Shown one piece after another: positions 1 through 9,118 of a DNA stretch of 64,000 nucleotides; within the stretch, counting starts at the first letter, position 1; every line of letters starts with the position of its first letter. The notes under the pieces are model-generated. The model saw only the letters and a program-made list of their open reading frames with translations, had not been told where the DNA came from and ran no database searches. The translations under genes and the position numbers were made by a program. Source of the stretch: an uncultured Gemmatimonadales bacterium (lineage in GTDB: Bacteria > Gemmatimonadota > Gemmatimonadetes > Gemmatimonadales > GWC2-71-9). The stretch is taken from assembly GCA_963825055.1 (NCBI GenBank), contig CAWGSK010000015.1, forward strand, positions 32,001-96,000. The letters run 5' to 3'.

Positions 1-354
1 GGTCGGGGCTCGTCCCTGCCCGCTGTCCACCCCGAGGAATGCGATAAGGCGCCCGGCAGGAAAGGAGACTCGGCTGGTATCGATCCAGGATGCCCCGGTG
101 GCGCCGGGCACCGGATGGAAAGACTCCGGCGGCGCACCGCGCCACTGGGTCATGACCTTGGCGACCCGGGGGATGATGTACAGCGTGGGGATGGTATCCG
201 GCTGGAACCCGGGCCAGAGATTCCGGTTGATGGCGGGACCCGCGGCCCGAATGTCGTGATCAAGGGCGAGGATGCTCCGGACGGTGTCCGGCGGGGCCTG
301 GGCCGCGACCGGCGTCGCGGCCAGAGCGAGACAGAGCAGGGCTGGAATGCGCAT
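1..354 (-). CDS. Secreted hypothetical protein, 5' part only (runs off the window start)
   Basis: Manual translation MRIPALLCLALAATPVAAQAPPDTVRS... shows a signal-peptide-like N-terminus. GGAG SD upstream; frame open to position 1. Not in the ORF track. Confidence 0.7.
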   Translation of the reverse strand, partial: MRIPALLCLALAATPVAAQAPPDTVRSILALDHDIRAAGPAINRNLWPGFQPDTIPTLYIIPRVAKVMTQWRGAPPESFHPVPGATGASWIDTSRVSFPAGRLIAFLGVDSGQGRAPT

Positions 355-419
355 GATGGTCTCCGTCCATTCGGGGGTTCCTTATCCCGATGCGCCGCTC
401 GCCCGGTGCGTCGCGCGGT

Positions 420-1751
420 TCAGGCCGGGCGCATCCGGATGTGGTCCGCCTCCTCGCTCAGGTTCGGGATGCCCAGCTGTCCCTCGGTGGCGGCGATTAC
501 CGTTGCCACGGTGGCATCGCCCGTCACGTTCGTCACCGTGCGCAGCATGTCGAGGATGCGGTCCACGCCCAGAATGAGTGCGATCCCGGCGGAGGGGACG
601 CCGACCGCCTCCAGGATGATCACCAGCATGACGATGCCGGCACTCGGCACGGCAGCGGTGCCGATGCTGGCCAGCACGGCCGTGAGCACGATCATCAGCT
701 GCGCCCCGAGGCCGAGCTGCATGCCCAGTGCCTGGGCGATGAAGACCGCGGCCACGGCCTGGTAGAGGGCGGTACCGTCCATGTTGATGGTGGCGCCGAG
801 TGGCAGGACAAAGGCGCTCACCTCCTCGGAGACCCCGAGCTTCTCCTCGCAGCGTTCCATCGTGACCGGCAAGGTGGCGCCGCTCGAGCTGGTGGTGAAG
901 GCGACCAGCTGGGCGGGGCCCATCCCGGCGTAGAACGTCCGGATCGGCATCTTCGTGAACAGCTTGAGCAGGCCCGTGTAGGTGATGGCCATGTGGAGGA
1001 TGAGGCCGAGCACCACGGCGATCATGTAGAAGCCGAGTGCGCCGAGCAGCCGGACGATCTGTCCCAGGTCACCGCCCGCGACCGATGTGATCGTGTCCGC
1101 GATGAGCGCGAAGACGCCGATCGGCGCCATGAGCATGATCAGGTCCACCAGCCGGATGATCACGTCGTTCATGCCGTCCACGAACGCGATGACCGGCTTC
1201 GCCTTCTCGGGGCTGACCTGGATCAGGCCGATGCCGATCAGCAGTGCCACGAAGACGACCTGGAGCATGTTGCTGTTGTTGGATGCCGCGCCAAAGAAGT
1301 TGTCCGGAACGATGTCCACGATGACCTGGAGCGGGCCGCGTTCCTTCGCGCCCGCCGCCGCCGTCTCCTGGGACGATGCGTCGGACGCGTATGTCTCCTG
1401 GAGCTGGTTGCGCATGTCCTCGGGCACGCGGTGCCCCGGCTGCATGATATTGACGACAGCGAGGCCGATGGTCACCGCGATGGCCGTGGTGATCAGGTAG
1501 ATGGCGATGGTCTTCCCGCCAATCCGGGACAGCTTCTTCAGGTCACTGAGCGACGCCACGCCGTTGATCAGTGATGCGAGTACCAGTGGTACCGCGATCA
1601 GCTTGAGGCCGTTCAGGAAGATCTTGCCGAACGGGGCAACCCAGTTACGGGTAAAGACCTGCCACCCGTTCGCGGCCGCGAGGACGCCGAAGGCAAGGCC
1701 GAGGAGCAGGCCGAGGATGATCTGCCAGTGCAGCTTCCGGTACCAGGGCAT
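420..1751 (-). CDS. Dicarboxylate/amino acid:cation symporter (DAACS/GltP family)
   Basis: AFTTSSSGATLP, LPLGATINMDGTALY and VDRILDMLRTVTNVTGD motifs; multiple TM helices. Confidence 0.95.
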   Translation of the reverse strand: MPWYRKLHWQIILGLLLGLAFGVLAAANGWQVFTRNWVAPFGKIFLNGLKLIAVPLVLASLINGVASLSDLKKLSRIGGKTIAIYLITTAIAVTIGLAVVNIMQPGHRVPEDMRNQLQETYASDASSQETAAAGAKERGPLQVIVDIVPDNFFGAASNNSNMLQVVFVALLIGIGLIQVSPEKAKPVIAFVDGMNDVIIRLVDLIMLMAPIGVFALIADTITSVAGGDLGQIVRLLGALGFYMIAVVLGLILHMAITYTGLLKLFTKMPIRTFYAGMGPAQLVAFTTSSSGATLPVTMERCEEKLGVSEEVSAFVLPLGATINMDGTALYQAVAAVFIAQALGMQLGLGAQLMIVLTAVLASIGTAAVPSAGIVMLVIILEAVGVPSAGIALILGVDRILDMLRTVTNVTGDATVATVIAATEGQLGIPNLSEEADHIRMRPA

Positions 1752-1899
1752 GGGCGGGACCTGTGCAGGGGCATGAAGATGGGCGACCGCGCCGGCCTGG
1801 GCCGGCAGAATGGAACGCCGTGAGGTGCGGATCGGTTCGGTCGGGCTGGTTCGGGAATCGTAGCCGGGAACTGGGGGTGAGGCAATGTTGCCCGGGGGG

Positions 1900-1989
1900 G
1901 TTGAGTCGATGAAGCGTGGAGTCGTGGAGTCGCAGCACCGGGTTGGGACCGTCTGCTACTCAACGACTCAACTACTCAACCACTCAACG
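1900..1989. repeat. Inverted pair of 8-mer tandem arrays (GTTGAGTC-like x4 ... NACTCAAC x4)
   Basis: gttgagtc gatgaagc gtggagtc gtggagtc ... tactcaac gactcaac tactcaac cactcaac; supplies the TGA of gluQ. Confidence 0.85.
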
Positions 1990-2884
1990 CCTTCACAGCT
2001 GCCTCCCTCACTCTCTCCGCCGACCATCCCCGCTCCCTCAACTCCCTCACCGCCGTGTCCCCCGACGCCTTGCTGAGTTTGCGGCCATCCGGGCGGAGGA
2101 TCAGCGGATGATGCACGTACACCGGAGGCACCGGCCGTCCGAGCAGGCGGGCGAGGCGGATCTGGCGGCCGGTCGAGGACAGGATGTCGGTGCCGCGGAT
2201 GACGAGATCGATCCCCTGTTCCAGGTCGTCCACCGTCACGGCGAACTGGTAGGTCCAGTTGCCGTTCCGGTCCCGTACCAGAAGGTCGCCGCACTGTGCG
2301 GCGGGGTCCTGCTCCACTGCCCCCAGCACGCCATCGGTGAAAGACTCAACGCCCGGCTCCATCCGAACCCGCAGCCCGGCGCCTTCCGCGCATGGCCCGC
2401 ATCGCGGCAGGTGCCGGGATAGTGCTGTTCCTCGCCGAAAGCTGTCCTCGGCGACCTCCGCGATGTCCTTGCGTGAGCAGGTGCAGGCGTACACCAGGCC
2501 CATGGCGTCGAGCCGGTCGAGGGCAGTCTGGTAGATGGCAGAGCGGGAGGATTGGCGGACAGGGCAGACAGGACGGACAGGACGGTCAAGGCGGACAGGG
2601 CGGTCAGGGCGGTCAGGGCGGTCAAGGCGGTCGGGGTGGATGAAGCCGAGCCAGGCGAGGTCCTCCAGCAGGGTCTCCTCGTATTCCGGCCGGCAGCGGC
2701 CCCGGTCATGATCCTCGATCCGGAGCAGTACCTCGCCGTTCAGCTCGCGCGCCAGTTCCCAGACCCAGAGTGCATTCAGGACGTGGCCCAGGTGCAGGTA
2801 CCCCGTCGGCGCCGGCGCGAAGCGGGTGCGGGGCCGGACGGGGAGGCGGGGGGATAAGTGAGCGGAAAGGTCGGATGGGAGCAC
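1976..2884 (-). CDS. gluQ: Glutamyl-Q tRNA(Asp) synthetase (GluRS catalytic-domain paralogue)
   Basis: TRFAPAPTGYLHLGH (HIGH), LRIEDHD, YACTCSR, YQFAVTVDD, VIRGTDI and KLSKA motifs; no anticodon domain. Start assumed at GTG 2884. Contains a repeat insertion and a short frame-shifted segment. Confidence 0.85.
   Translation of the reverse strand: MLPSDLSAHLSPRLPVRPRTRFAPAPTGYLHLGHVLNALWVWELARELNGEVLLRIEDHDRGRCRPEYEETLLEDLAWLGFIHPDRLDRPDRPDRPVRLDRPVRPVCPVRQSSRSAIYQTALDRLDAMGLVYACTCSRKDIAEVAEDSFRRGTALSRHLPRCGPCAEGAGLRVRMEPGVESFTDGVLGAVEQDPAAQCGDLLVRDRNGNWTYQFAVTVDDLEQGIDLVIRGTDILSSTGRQIRLARLLGRPVPPVYVHHPLILRPDGRKLSKASGDTAVRELRERGWSAERVREAAVKALSG
2555..2635 (+). repeat. 9-mer tandem array (RCGGWCARG x9), in frame inside gluQ
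   Basis: gcggacagg gcagacagg acggacagg acggtcaag gcggacagg gcggtcagg gcggtcagg gcggtcaag gcggtcggg; encodes PDRLDRPDRPDRPVRLDRPVRPVCPVR on the minus strand. Confidence 0.9.
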
Positions 2885-2893
2885 AGGGAGTAC

Positions 2894-2964
2894 GTTGAGT
2901 AGTTGAGTGGTTGAGTGGTTGAATCGTAACACTACTTAACTACTCAGCGACTTAACGACTCCAC
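2894..2964. repeat. Inverted pair of 8-mer arrays (GTTGAGTN x4 / NACTYAAC-like x4) forming a hairpin
   Basis: gttgagta gttgagtg gttgagtg gttgaatc gtaacac tacttaac tactcagc gacttaac gactccac; lies between the divergent gluQ and DAACS genes. Confidence 0.9.
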
Positions 2965-3035
2965 TGCTCCCCCTTGCCACCCCTTACCCGCCACCCGATA
3001 CTCCAACCCGTCCCCAACCACCCTGAACGGGTTCC

Positions 3036-4322
3036 ATGACAACAGAACACGTGGCCCGGCGCATCCCGCTGTCCACCAAGATCCTGCTGGGCCTGCTGGT
3101 TGGCGCGGTGCTCGGCATCGGGTCGAACCTGCTCTGGCACGGCAGTCCGCGCCTCATCTGGATCGCGGACAACGTGGCCAACCCTCTCGGGCAGGTCTTC
3201 CTCCGCCTCCTGTTCATGGTGGTGGTGCCGCTGATTTTCACATCGCTGGCGCTCGGCGTCGCCTCCCTGGGTGACCTGCGGAAGCTGGGGCGGATCGGCG
3301 GGCGCACATTGCTGATGTTCGTGGTGACGACCGCCATGGCCGCGACCATCGGTATCGCGATGATGAACCTGACGCGGCCGGGTGAGCGGATGGACGCGGC
3401 CACGCGGGAGCAGCTGATGGCCGAATATGCGCCGCAGGCGAGCGAGAAGGCCGCGCTCTCCCAGGCCAACGAGTTCGGCATCTCGACACTCGTCAACATC
3501 GTGCCCCGGAACCCGATCGCCGCCGCCGCCAATGGCGACACGCTGGCCCTCATTTTCTTCACGCTGATCTTCGGCGTGGCCCTGACCCGGATTTCGCCCG
3601 AGCGGGCCGCCCCGGTGATCAGGGTACTGGAAGGGATCGGCGATGCCGTCATGGCGATCATCGAGCTCACCATGCGCCTGGCGCCGATCGGAGTGGCGGG
3701 GCTCATCTTTTCCGTCACCGCCAAGTTCGGGCTCGACGTGCTGAAAGCGCTGGCCGCCTATGTCATCGTGGTGCTGGCCGCCCTGATCATTCACCAGTTC
3801 GTGGTGATCGGAGCACTGGCCAAGGTCCTGGCGGGTCAGCCGGTCGGCCAGTTCTTTGCCAAGTGCAAGACGCTCATGATCACCGGCTTCTCCACCAGCA
3901 GCAGCAACGCGACGCTGCCCACCACCATTCGCACCGCCGAGGAGAACTTCGGTGTTCCGCCCGAGATCGCGGGATTCGTGCTGCCGCTTGGCGCGACGAT
4001 GAACATGAACGGCACCGCCCTCTTCGAGGGGATGACCGTGCTCTTCCTGGCGCAGGTGTTCGGGGTGCACCTGAGCCTCGCCTCGCAGGTGCTGGTGGTG
4101 GGCATGTCGGTGATCACGGCCATCGGCGTGGCCGGCGTGCCGAGCGGGAGCATCCCGCTCTTGATTATGGTGATGGAAATGGTGGGGGTACCCGGCGCGG
4201 GGATCGCGCTGATCCTGGGCGTGGACCGGATCCTCGACATGTCCCGCACGGTACCGAACGTGACGGGCGACCTGCTGACGTCGCTGGTGATTGCGAGGGG
4301 AGAGAAGAGCGATACTGCGTGA
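3036..4322 (+). CDS. Dicarboxylate/amino acid:cation symporter (DAACS/GltP family), second paralogue
   Basis: FSTSSSNATLP, LPLGATMNMNGTALFE and VDRILDMSRTVPNVTGD motifs. Confidence 0.95.
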   Translation: MTTEHVARRIPLSTKILLGLLVGAVLGIGSNLLWHGSPRLIWIADNVANPLGQVFLRLLFMVVVPLIFTSLALGVASLGDLRKLGRIGGRTLLMFVVTTAMAATIGIAMMNLTRPGERMDAATREQLMAEYAPQASEKAALSQANEFGISTLVNIVPRNPIAAAANGDTLALIFFTLIFGVALTRISPERAAPVIRVLEGIGDAVMAIIELTMRLAPIGVAGLIFSVTAKFGLDVLKALAAYVIVVLAALIIHQFVVIGALAKVLAGQPVGQFFAKCKTLMITGFSTSSSNATLPTTIRTAEENFGVPPEIAGFVLPLGATMNMNGTALFEGMTVLFLAQVFGVHLSLASQVLVVGMSVITAIGVAGVPSGSIPLLIMVMEMVGVPGAGIALILGVDRILDMSRTVPNVTGDLLTSLVIARGEKSDTA

Positions 4323-4378
4323 GCGGTGAGCGGTGAGCAGGAACCTCGTCCCGCTTACCGCTTACCGCTTACGCTTCA
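4319..4378. repeat. Inverted 7-mer arrays (GTGAGCG x3 / CCGCTTA x3); probable bidirectional terminator hairpin
   Basis: Fills the gap between the convergent DAACS and tal genes; TGA at 4320, 4327 and 4334 on the plus strand, and TAA x3 on the minus strand. Confidence 0.85.
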
Positions 4379-5482
4379 TCGACTGGCCAGCTCCCCCGCC
4401 TTCTTCTCGATCGTGGTCAGGACGTCGAGGTAGCTCCGCTCGAAGCTCTGCACGCCTTCCCGCTCCAGCATCTCCGTCATCCGGCCCAGGTCGATCCCGC
4501 GCGCGGTGAGCGCGTGGAGACTGGTGGGGGCGGCCATGATGCCTTCCTCGATCCGGACATGGGGATCGCCATGGTCGCGGTAGGCCTCGATGGTATCGGG
4601 CGGCAGGGTGTTCACGGTGTCCGGCGCGATCAGGGCCTCCACATACTTCACATCCGAATAGGCGGGGTCCTTGGTGCTGGTGCTGGCCCAGAGCGGGCGC
4701 TGCACGTGCGCGCCGGCGTCGGCCAGCTTCCGCCAGCGCTTGCCGCCCAGGGATTTCCGGAAGACGTCGTACGCCACGCAGGCGTTCGCGACGGCAATGG
4801 TGCCCCGGATGTGCTTCGGGTCGCCCAGGCGGTCCAGCTCCGGGTCCACGATCTTGTCCACCCGGCTCACGAAGAAGCTGGCCACCGAGCGGATCCGGTC
4901 CACCGGCTGGCCATGGCTCAATCGCTCCTCCAGCCCCTTGAAGAACGCCTCGATCACGTACTCGTAGCGCGTGATAGCGAAGAGCAGCGTGATGTTGATG
5001 TTGATCCCCGCCGCCAGGCTCCGCGTGATCGCAGGCAGGCCCGCCTTCGTGCCGGGGATCTTGATCATGACGTTGGGCCGGTCCACCGACTCCCAGAGGC
5101 GGGCGGCCTCCGTGATGGTGCCGTCGGTGTCGTCCGCCAGGGTGGGCGACACTTCGAGGGAGACCAGTCCGTGGAGCCCGTTCGATTCATCATAGACCGG
5201 CCGGAAGATGTCGCAGGCCTTCTGGACGTCGGATACCGCGAGCGCCTCGAAGATCTGCTCGGATGACTTCCCGGCATTCTGGAGCCGGTGGATATCGGCG
5301 TCGTAGTCGTTGCTGCTGGAGATCGCTTTCTCGAAGATCGTCGGGTTGCTGGTCATCCCCTTCAGGCCGTCCTCGTCAATCAGCCGCTGCAGCTCGCCGC
5401 TCGCCATCAGGTCGCGCGTGATGTAGTCGAGCCAGATGGCCTGGCCCAGCTCACCGAGCCGGATCAGTGGATTGTCGCTCAT
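4376..5482 (-). CDS. tal: Transaldolase
   Basis: [51 protein letters not shown]-coupled to tkt. Confidence 0.95.
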   Translation of the reverse strand: MSDNPLIRLGELGQAIWLDYITRDLMASGELQRLIDEDGLKGMTSNPTIFEKAISSSNDYDADIHRLQNAGKSSEQIFEALAVSDVQKACDIFRPVYDESNGLHGLVSLEVSPTLADDTDGTITEAARLWESVDRPNVMIKIPGTKAGLPAITRSLAAGININITLLFAITRYEYVIEAFFKGLEERLSHGQPVDRIRSVASFFVSRVDKIVDPELDRLGDPKHIRGTIAVANACVAYDVFRKSLGGKRWRKLADAGAHVQRPLWASTSTKDPAYSDVKYVEALIAPDTVNTLPPDTIEAYRDHGDPHVRIEEGIMAAPTSLHALTARGIDLGRMTEMLEREGVQSFERSYLDVLTTIEKKAGELASR

Positions 5483-7524
5483 GATGCCTCCAGCAGGTCA
5501 CGAACGACCTGCGTGACGTGGTCTGCAGTAAATCCGAATTCCTCCAGCACCCTCTTGCCCGGGGCCGAGGCGCCGAAATGGTCGAGCGCAATGGCGCGGC
5601 CTTCCCGGCCGAGGAAGCGCTCCCAGCCGAAGGACGTGGCGGCCTCGATGGAAACCCGGACCGTGAGGCCGGGCGGCAGCACGTCGTCACGATAGGATTC
5701 CGGCTGGGACTCGAACAATTCCCAGGACGGGAGCGAGACCACCCGTGTCGGCGCGCCATCCTTCGAAAGCGCCTCGGCCGCCTCGAGGGCGACCTGGACC
5801 TCGGAACCGGTGGCGAGCAGGATTGCCACCGGCTTCGTCTTCGGCTCATACAGGACGTAGCCGCCCCGCCGGACACCCTCGGCGTGGCCCAGCGTCGCGC
5901 GATCCAGCACCGGCAGCCCCTGGCGGGTCAGCACGAGCGCCGTCGGCCCTTCCGTGCGGCCGAGGGCGGCGCACCAGGCTTCGCGGGTTTCGTTGGCGTC
6001 GGCGGGGCGGAGGACCACCAGGTTCGGGATGGCCCGCAGCATCGCGAGTTGCTCGACCGGCTGGTGGGTCGGACCGTCCTCCCCCAGCCCCACGGAATCG
6101 TGGGTCCCGATGAAGATGACCGGGAGCCGGGAAAGCGCGGCGAGACGCACCGCGGGTTTCATGTAATCGAAGAAGATGAGGAAGGTGCTGCCGAAGGGCC
6201 GGACGCCGCCATGCGCCGCCATGCCGTTCATGCTGGCGCCCATCCCGTGTTCGCGTACCCCGAAATGCAGGATTGGCCCGGCGCCCTCCGGCCCCATCTC
6301 CGCCGCGCCCTTGAGGTGCGTCCCGGTGCTCTCCGCCAGGTCGGCCGAGCCGCCGATCAGGTTGGGAATCCGGGCGTGGAGCGCGTTCAGGATCTTGTTG
6401 CTGGCCTTCCGCGTGGCGATGGAGCCATCCTCCGGCGTGAACTCCGGCAGGTCACGGTCCCATCCTGCCGGGAGCTTTCCGCTCCACCACTGTTCGAATT
6501 CCCGGGCCAGATCGCCGTTGGTCTTCCGGTAGCCGTCCATCAACTCGTTCCAGGCCGACTCGAGCCGGGCGCCTTCCGCAACCGCTCCGCCCATGTGGGC
6601 GGACACTTCCTGCGGCACGGTGAACGGGGGTTCGGTCCAGCCCATCACTTCCTTTGTGCGGCGGACTTCTTCCTCACCCAGGGGTGAGCCATGCGCCGAG
6701 GCCGTGTCCCGCTTGGTAGGCGCCGGATCGCCGATGATGCTCCGCATCACGATGAGCGTGGGCCGGTTCGACTCCGCGGCAGCGGCCTCGAGCGCGGCGG
6801 CGATCGCATCGAGGTCGTTCGCGTCCTCCACGTAAAGGACGTGCCAGCCGTAAGCGGAAAACCGCGTGCCCACGTCCTCGGTGAAGGCGAGCGAGGTCGA
6901 ACCGTCGATCGTGATGTGATTGTTGTCGTAGATGAACGTGAGTGCCGAGAGTCCAAGGTGGCCCGCCAGGCTCGCGGCCTCGCTCGCCACGCCTTCCATC
7001 AGGTCACCATCGCTCGCGAAGCCCCAGATCCGGTGGTCCATGACCGGGAAATCCGGCTGGTTGAAGCGGCCGGCCAGGAAGCGCTGGGCGATCGCCATGC
7101 CGACGGCGTTGCTGAGCCCCTGGCCGAGTGGTCCGGTGGTGACCTCGACGCCGGGCGTGTGGCCGCGCTCCGGGTGGCCCGGCGTCATCGATCCCCACTG
7201 CCGGAAGTTCCGCAATTCCTCCATGGGGAGATCGTACCCTGTGAGGTGGAGCAGGCTGTAGATCAGCATGGAGGCATGACCGCAGGAGAGCACGAAGCGG
7301 TCGCGGTCGGCCCAGTCGGGGTTCTTCGGATTGTGGCGGAGGAAGCGCTGCCAGAGCACATAGGCCGCGGGAGCCAGGGCCATGGGTGTCCCGGGATGGC
7401 CGCTGTTGGCGGCCTGCACGGCATCCATGGAGAGGGCACGGATCGTATCGATGCTGCGCCAGGCGAGCGTCGTGTCGGCAGCCGGACGCGTGGCGCGGGA
7501 AGACGAAGGGGGTGAAACGGGCAC
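5479..7524 (-). CDS. tkt: Transketolase
   Basis: [29 protein letters not shown] (TPP binding), [16 protein letters not shown]. Confidence 0.97.
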   Translation of the reverse strand: MPVSPPSSSRATRPAADTTLAWRSIDTIRALSMDAVQAANSGHPGTPMALAPAAYVLWQRFLRHNPKNPDWADRDRFVLSCGHASMLIYSLLHLTGYDLPMEELRNFRQWGSMTPGHPERGHTPGVEVTTGPLGQGLSNAVGMAIAQRFLAGRFNQPDFPVMDHRIWGFASDGDLMEGVASEAASLAGHLGLSALTFIYDNNHITIDGSTSLAFTEDVGTRFSAYGWHVLYVEDANDLDAIAAALEAAAAESNRPTLIVMRSIIGDPAPTKRDTASAHGSPLGEEEVRRTKEVMGWTEPPFTVPQEVSAHMGGAVAEGARLESAWNELMDGYRKTNGDLAREFEQWWSGKLPAGWDRDLPEFTPEDGSIATRKASNKILNALHARIPNLIGGSADLAESTGTHLKGAAEMGPEGAGPILHFGVREHGMGASMNGMAAHGGVRPFGSTFLIFFDYMKPAVRLAALSRLPVIFIGTHDSVGLGEDGPTHQPVEQLAMLRAIPNLVVLRPADANETREAWCAALGRTEGPTALVLTRQGLPVLDRATLGHAEGVRRGGYVLYEPKTKPVAILLATGSEVQVALEAAEALSKDGAPTRVVSLPSWELFESQPESYRDDVLPPGLTVRVSIEAATSFGWERFLGREGRAIALDHFGASAPGKRVLEEFGFTADHVTQVVRDLLEAS

Positions 7525-7590
7525 GGACGACTTCTCCCGGAAGGCAGGGTGGCGGGGGCGCGAACCATGAAAAGTAACCGGGCGGGAAAA

Positions 7591-7664
7591 GAAGGTCGAA
7601 GGTCGAAAGTCGGTACACCGAACATCGATCCCTGCCCCCCCGACCTCCCGACCCCTCGGCCTCT
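7591..7664. repeat. Short tandem arrays GAAGGTC-like x3 ... CGACCYCY-like x3 in inverted arrangement
   Basis: Lies directly after the DoxX stop (minus strand). A related GAAGGTC array occurs at about 18940-18960. Confidence 0.65.
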
Positions 7665-7665
7665 C

Positions 7666-8067
7666 TCAGGCCCTCCGGCCGCTGATCGCGTACGCCCCGG
7701 CGCCGGCGAGGACCAGCGCCAGCGCCATCATCAGCACGGTAAAGGGATGCTCCCATCCGTTGTTCTGAAAATTGAAGCCGTGCTGCCAGTGGACTACGAA
7801 GATGGCGCAGAGCATTTCGATCGCCACCAGCAGCCCGGCGAGCTCGGTCAGCAGGCCGACCAGGATCAGGGTCCCACACCCGACCTCGACGAGCACCGCG
7901 AGCCCGGCAACTATTGCCGGGAGCGGAAAGTCCAGGCTTGCCATGAACCGGGTGGTGCCGCCGAAATCCATTGCCTTCGGGATGCCGTGGTAGATGAGCA
8001 CGGCCGCAAGTGCCAGCCGCAGGACCAGCAGTGCCAGGTCGCGGTCCATCGGGAAAATCCGTCGCAT
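7666..8067 (-). CDS. DoxX family membrane protein
   Basis: LLVLRLALA..HGIPK, EVGCG..GLLT, GWEHP..GAGAYAI pattern; AGGAGG SD before ATG 8067. Confidence 0.9.
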   Translation of the reverse strand: MRRIFPMDRDLALLVLRLALAAVLIYHGIPKAMDFGGTTRFMASLDFPLPAIVAGLAVLVEVGCGTLILVGLLTELAGLLVAIEMLCAIFVVHWQHGFNFQNNGWEHPFTVLMMALALVLAGAGAYAISGRRA

Positions 8068-8165
8068 GTCTGCCTCCTTGGTGCGCTGGGCTGCCTCAAC
8101 CCTAAGCCTCACCGACCTTCTGGCCAAACCTGCCTTCTGGCAGGGGGCTTCCCTTCTGCCGGCAA

Positions 8166-8201
8166 GGTATGTACAATCTTATCTACTCAAACTCTATACA
8201 G
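8166..8201 (+). promoter_or_regulatory. Putative CarH operator/promoter (AT-rich; TnnACA-like repeats)
   Basis: TGTACA(8170), TCTACT(8182) and TATACA(8195) just upstream of the CarH-like gene. They resemble the TnnACA direct repeats bound by CarH, but spacing is 12-13 rather than 11. Confidence 0.5.
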
Positions 8202-8209
8202 AGAGCACC

Positions 8210-9118
8210 ATGACGAGTCCTGACACCTCGAACCCGCCAATCGGCCCGGCCCCGGACACCCGGGGACGCTACGCCATCGGCGAGGTCACTCGCCTCACGG
8301 GGCTTGGCGCCGAGCGCCTCCGCGCATGGGAACGGCGGTACGAGGCCGTCCGACCAGTCCGCCAGCCGAACGGATACCGCCTGTACAGCGCTGCCCAGGT
8401 GGCGCTTCTGCGGGCCTACGCACGGCTCATCGACGCCGGGGGCATCCGGATCAGCGAACTGGCGGAACTGCCCCGGGAAGAAGTGATCGAGCGGGCCACG
8501 AAGGCAGCCGCAGGGGGTGATCCGGTGCTCGATCTTCTGGGCCTTGCCGAATCCCTGGACCGAGCCGGGTTGACGGCACGGCTCGACCAGGAAATCTCCC
8601 GGCTTGGACTGGCGGGGTTCACGGAGCAGCTCGCCTGGCCCTTTGCCACCCTCCTCGGTGATCGCTGGGCTGCCGGGAAGGTGTCCGTCGGGGTCGAACA
8701 CCTCGCCAGCGACGTGGTCATTCCCGCTTACAAGCAGCGGCTCGGGAGCCGCGCCGGCGAAGGTCCGCTGGTGCTTGGCGCCACGCTGCCGGGCGAACGG
8801 CACGAATGGGGGATCCTGGGCGTGCTCGCGCTCCTGGAGGCGCGGGGGTTCCGGGTAGAGTATCTGGGGCCCGACCTCCCCTTCCAGGACGCGGTGGATG
8901 CGGCCTGGAAGCTCCGACCGGCCTTTCTGGGGCTCAGTATCAGCGACCGTGACCTCCTGCGCTCGCACTTCAGGACGGTCAGGAAGCTGGGCGAGGCGAT
9001 GCCGCCCGAAACAGTCCTGGTGTTCGGGGGGCAGGGCGCGGAGCGCAACCGGCGGCGCCTCAAGGGGTGGGGATACGGGGTCGGGCTGGATGCGGTACGG
9101 ACGGAGGTGGCAGCATGA
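8210..9118 (+). CDS. carH: MerR-family, B12-binding light-responsive regulator (CarH/LitR type)
   Basis: MerR HTH (YAIGEVTRLTG..LRAWERRY..GYRLYS), W-x9-EH motif (WAAGKVSVGVEH) and ExHxxG B12 motif (GERHEWG); ATGA-coupled to crtI. Confidence 0.85.
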   Translation: MTSPDTSNPPIGPAPDTRGRYAIGEVTRLTGLGAERLRAWERRYEAVRPVRQPNGYRLYSAAQVALLRAYARLIDAGGIRISELAELPREEVIERATKAAAGGDPVLDLLGLAESLDRAGLTARLDQEISRLGLAGFTEQLAWPFATLLGDRWAAGKVSVGVEHLASDVVIPAYKQRLGSRAGEGPLVLGATLPGERHEWGILGVLALLEARGFRVEYLGPDLPFQDAVDAAWKLRPAFLGLSISDRDLLRSHFRTVRKLGEAMPPETVLVFGGQGAERNRRRLKGWGYGVGLDAVRTEVAA

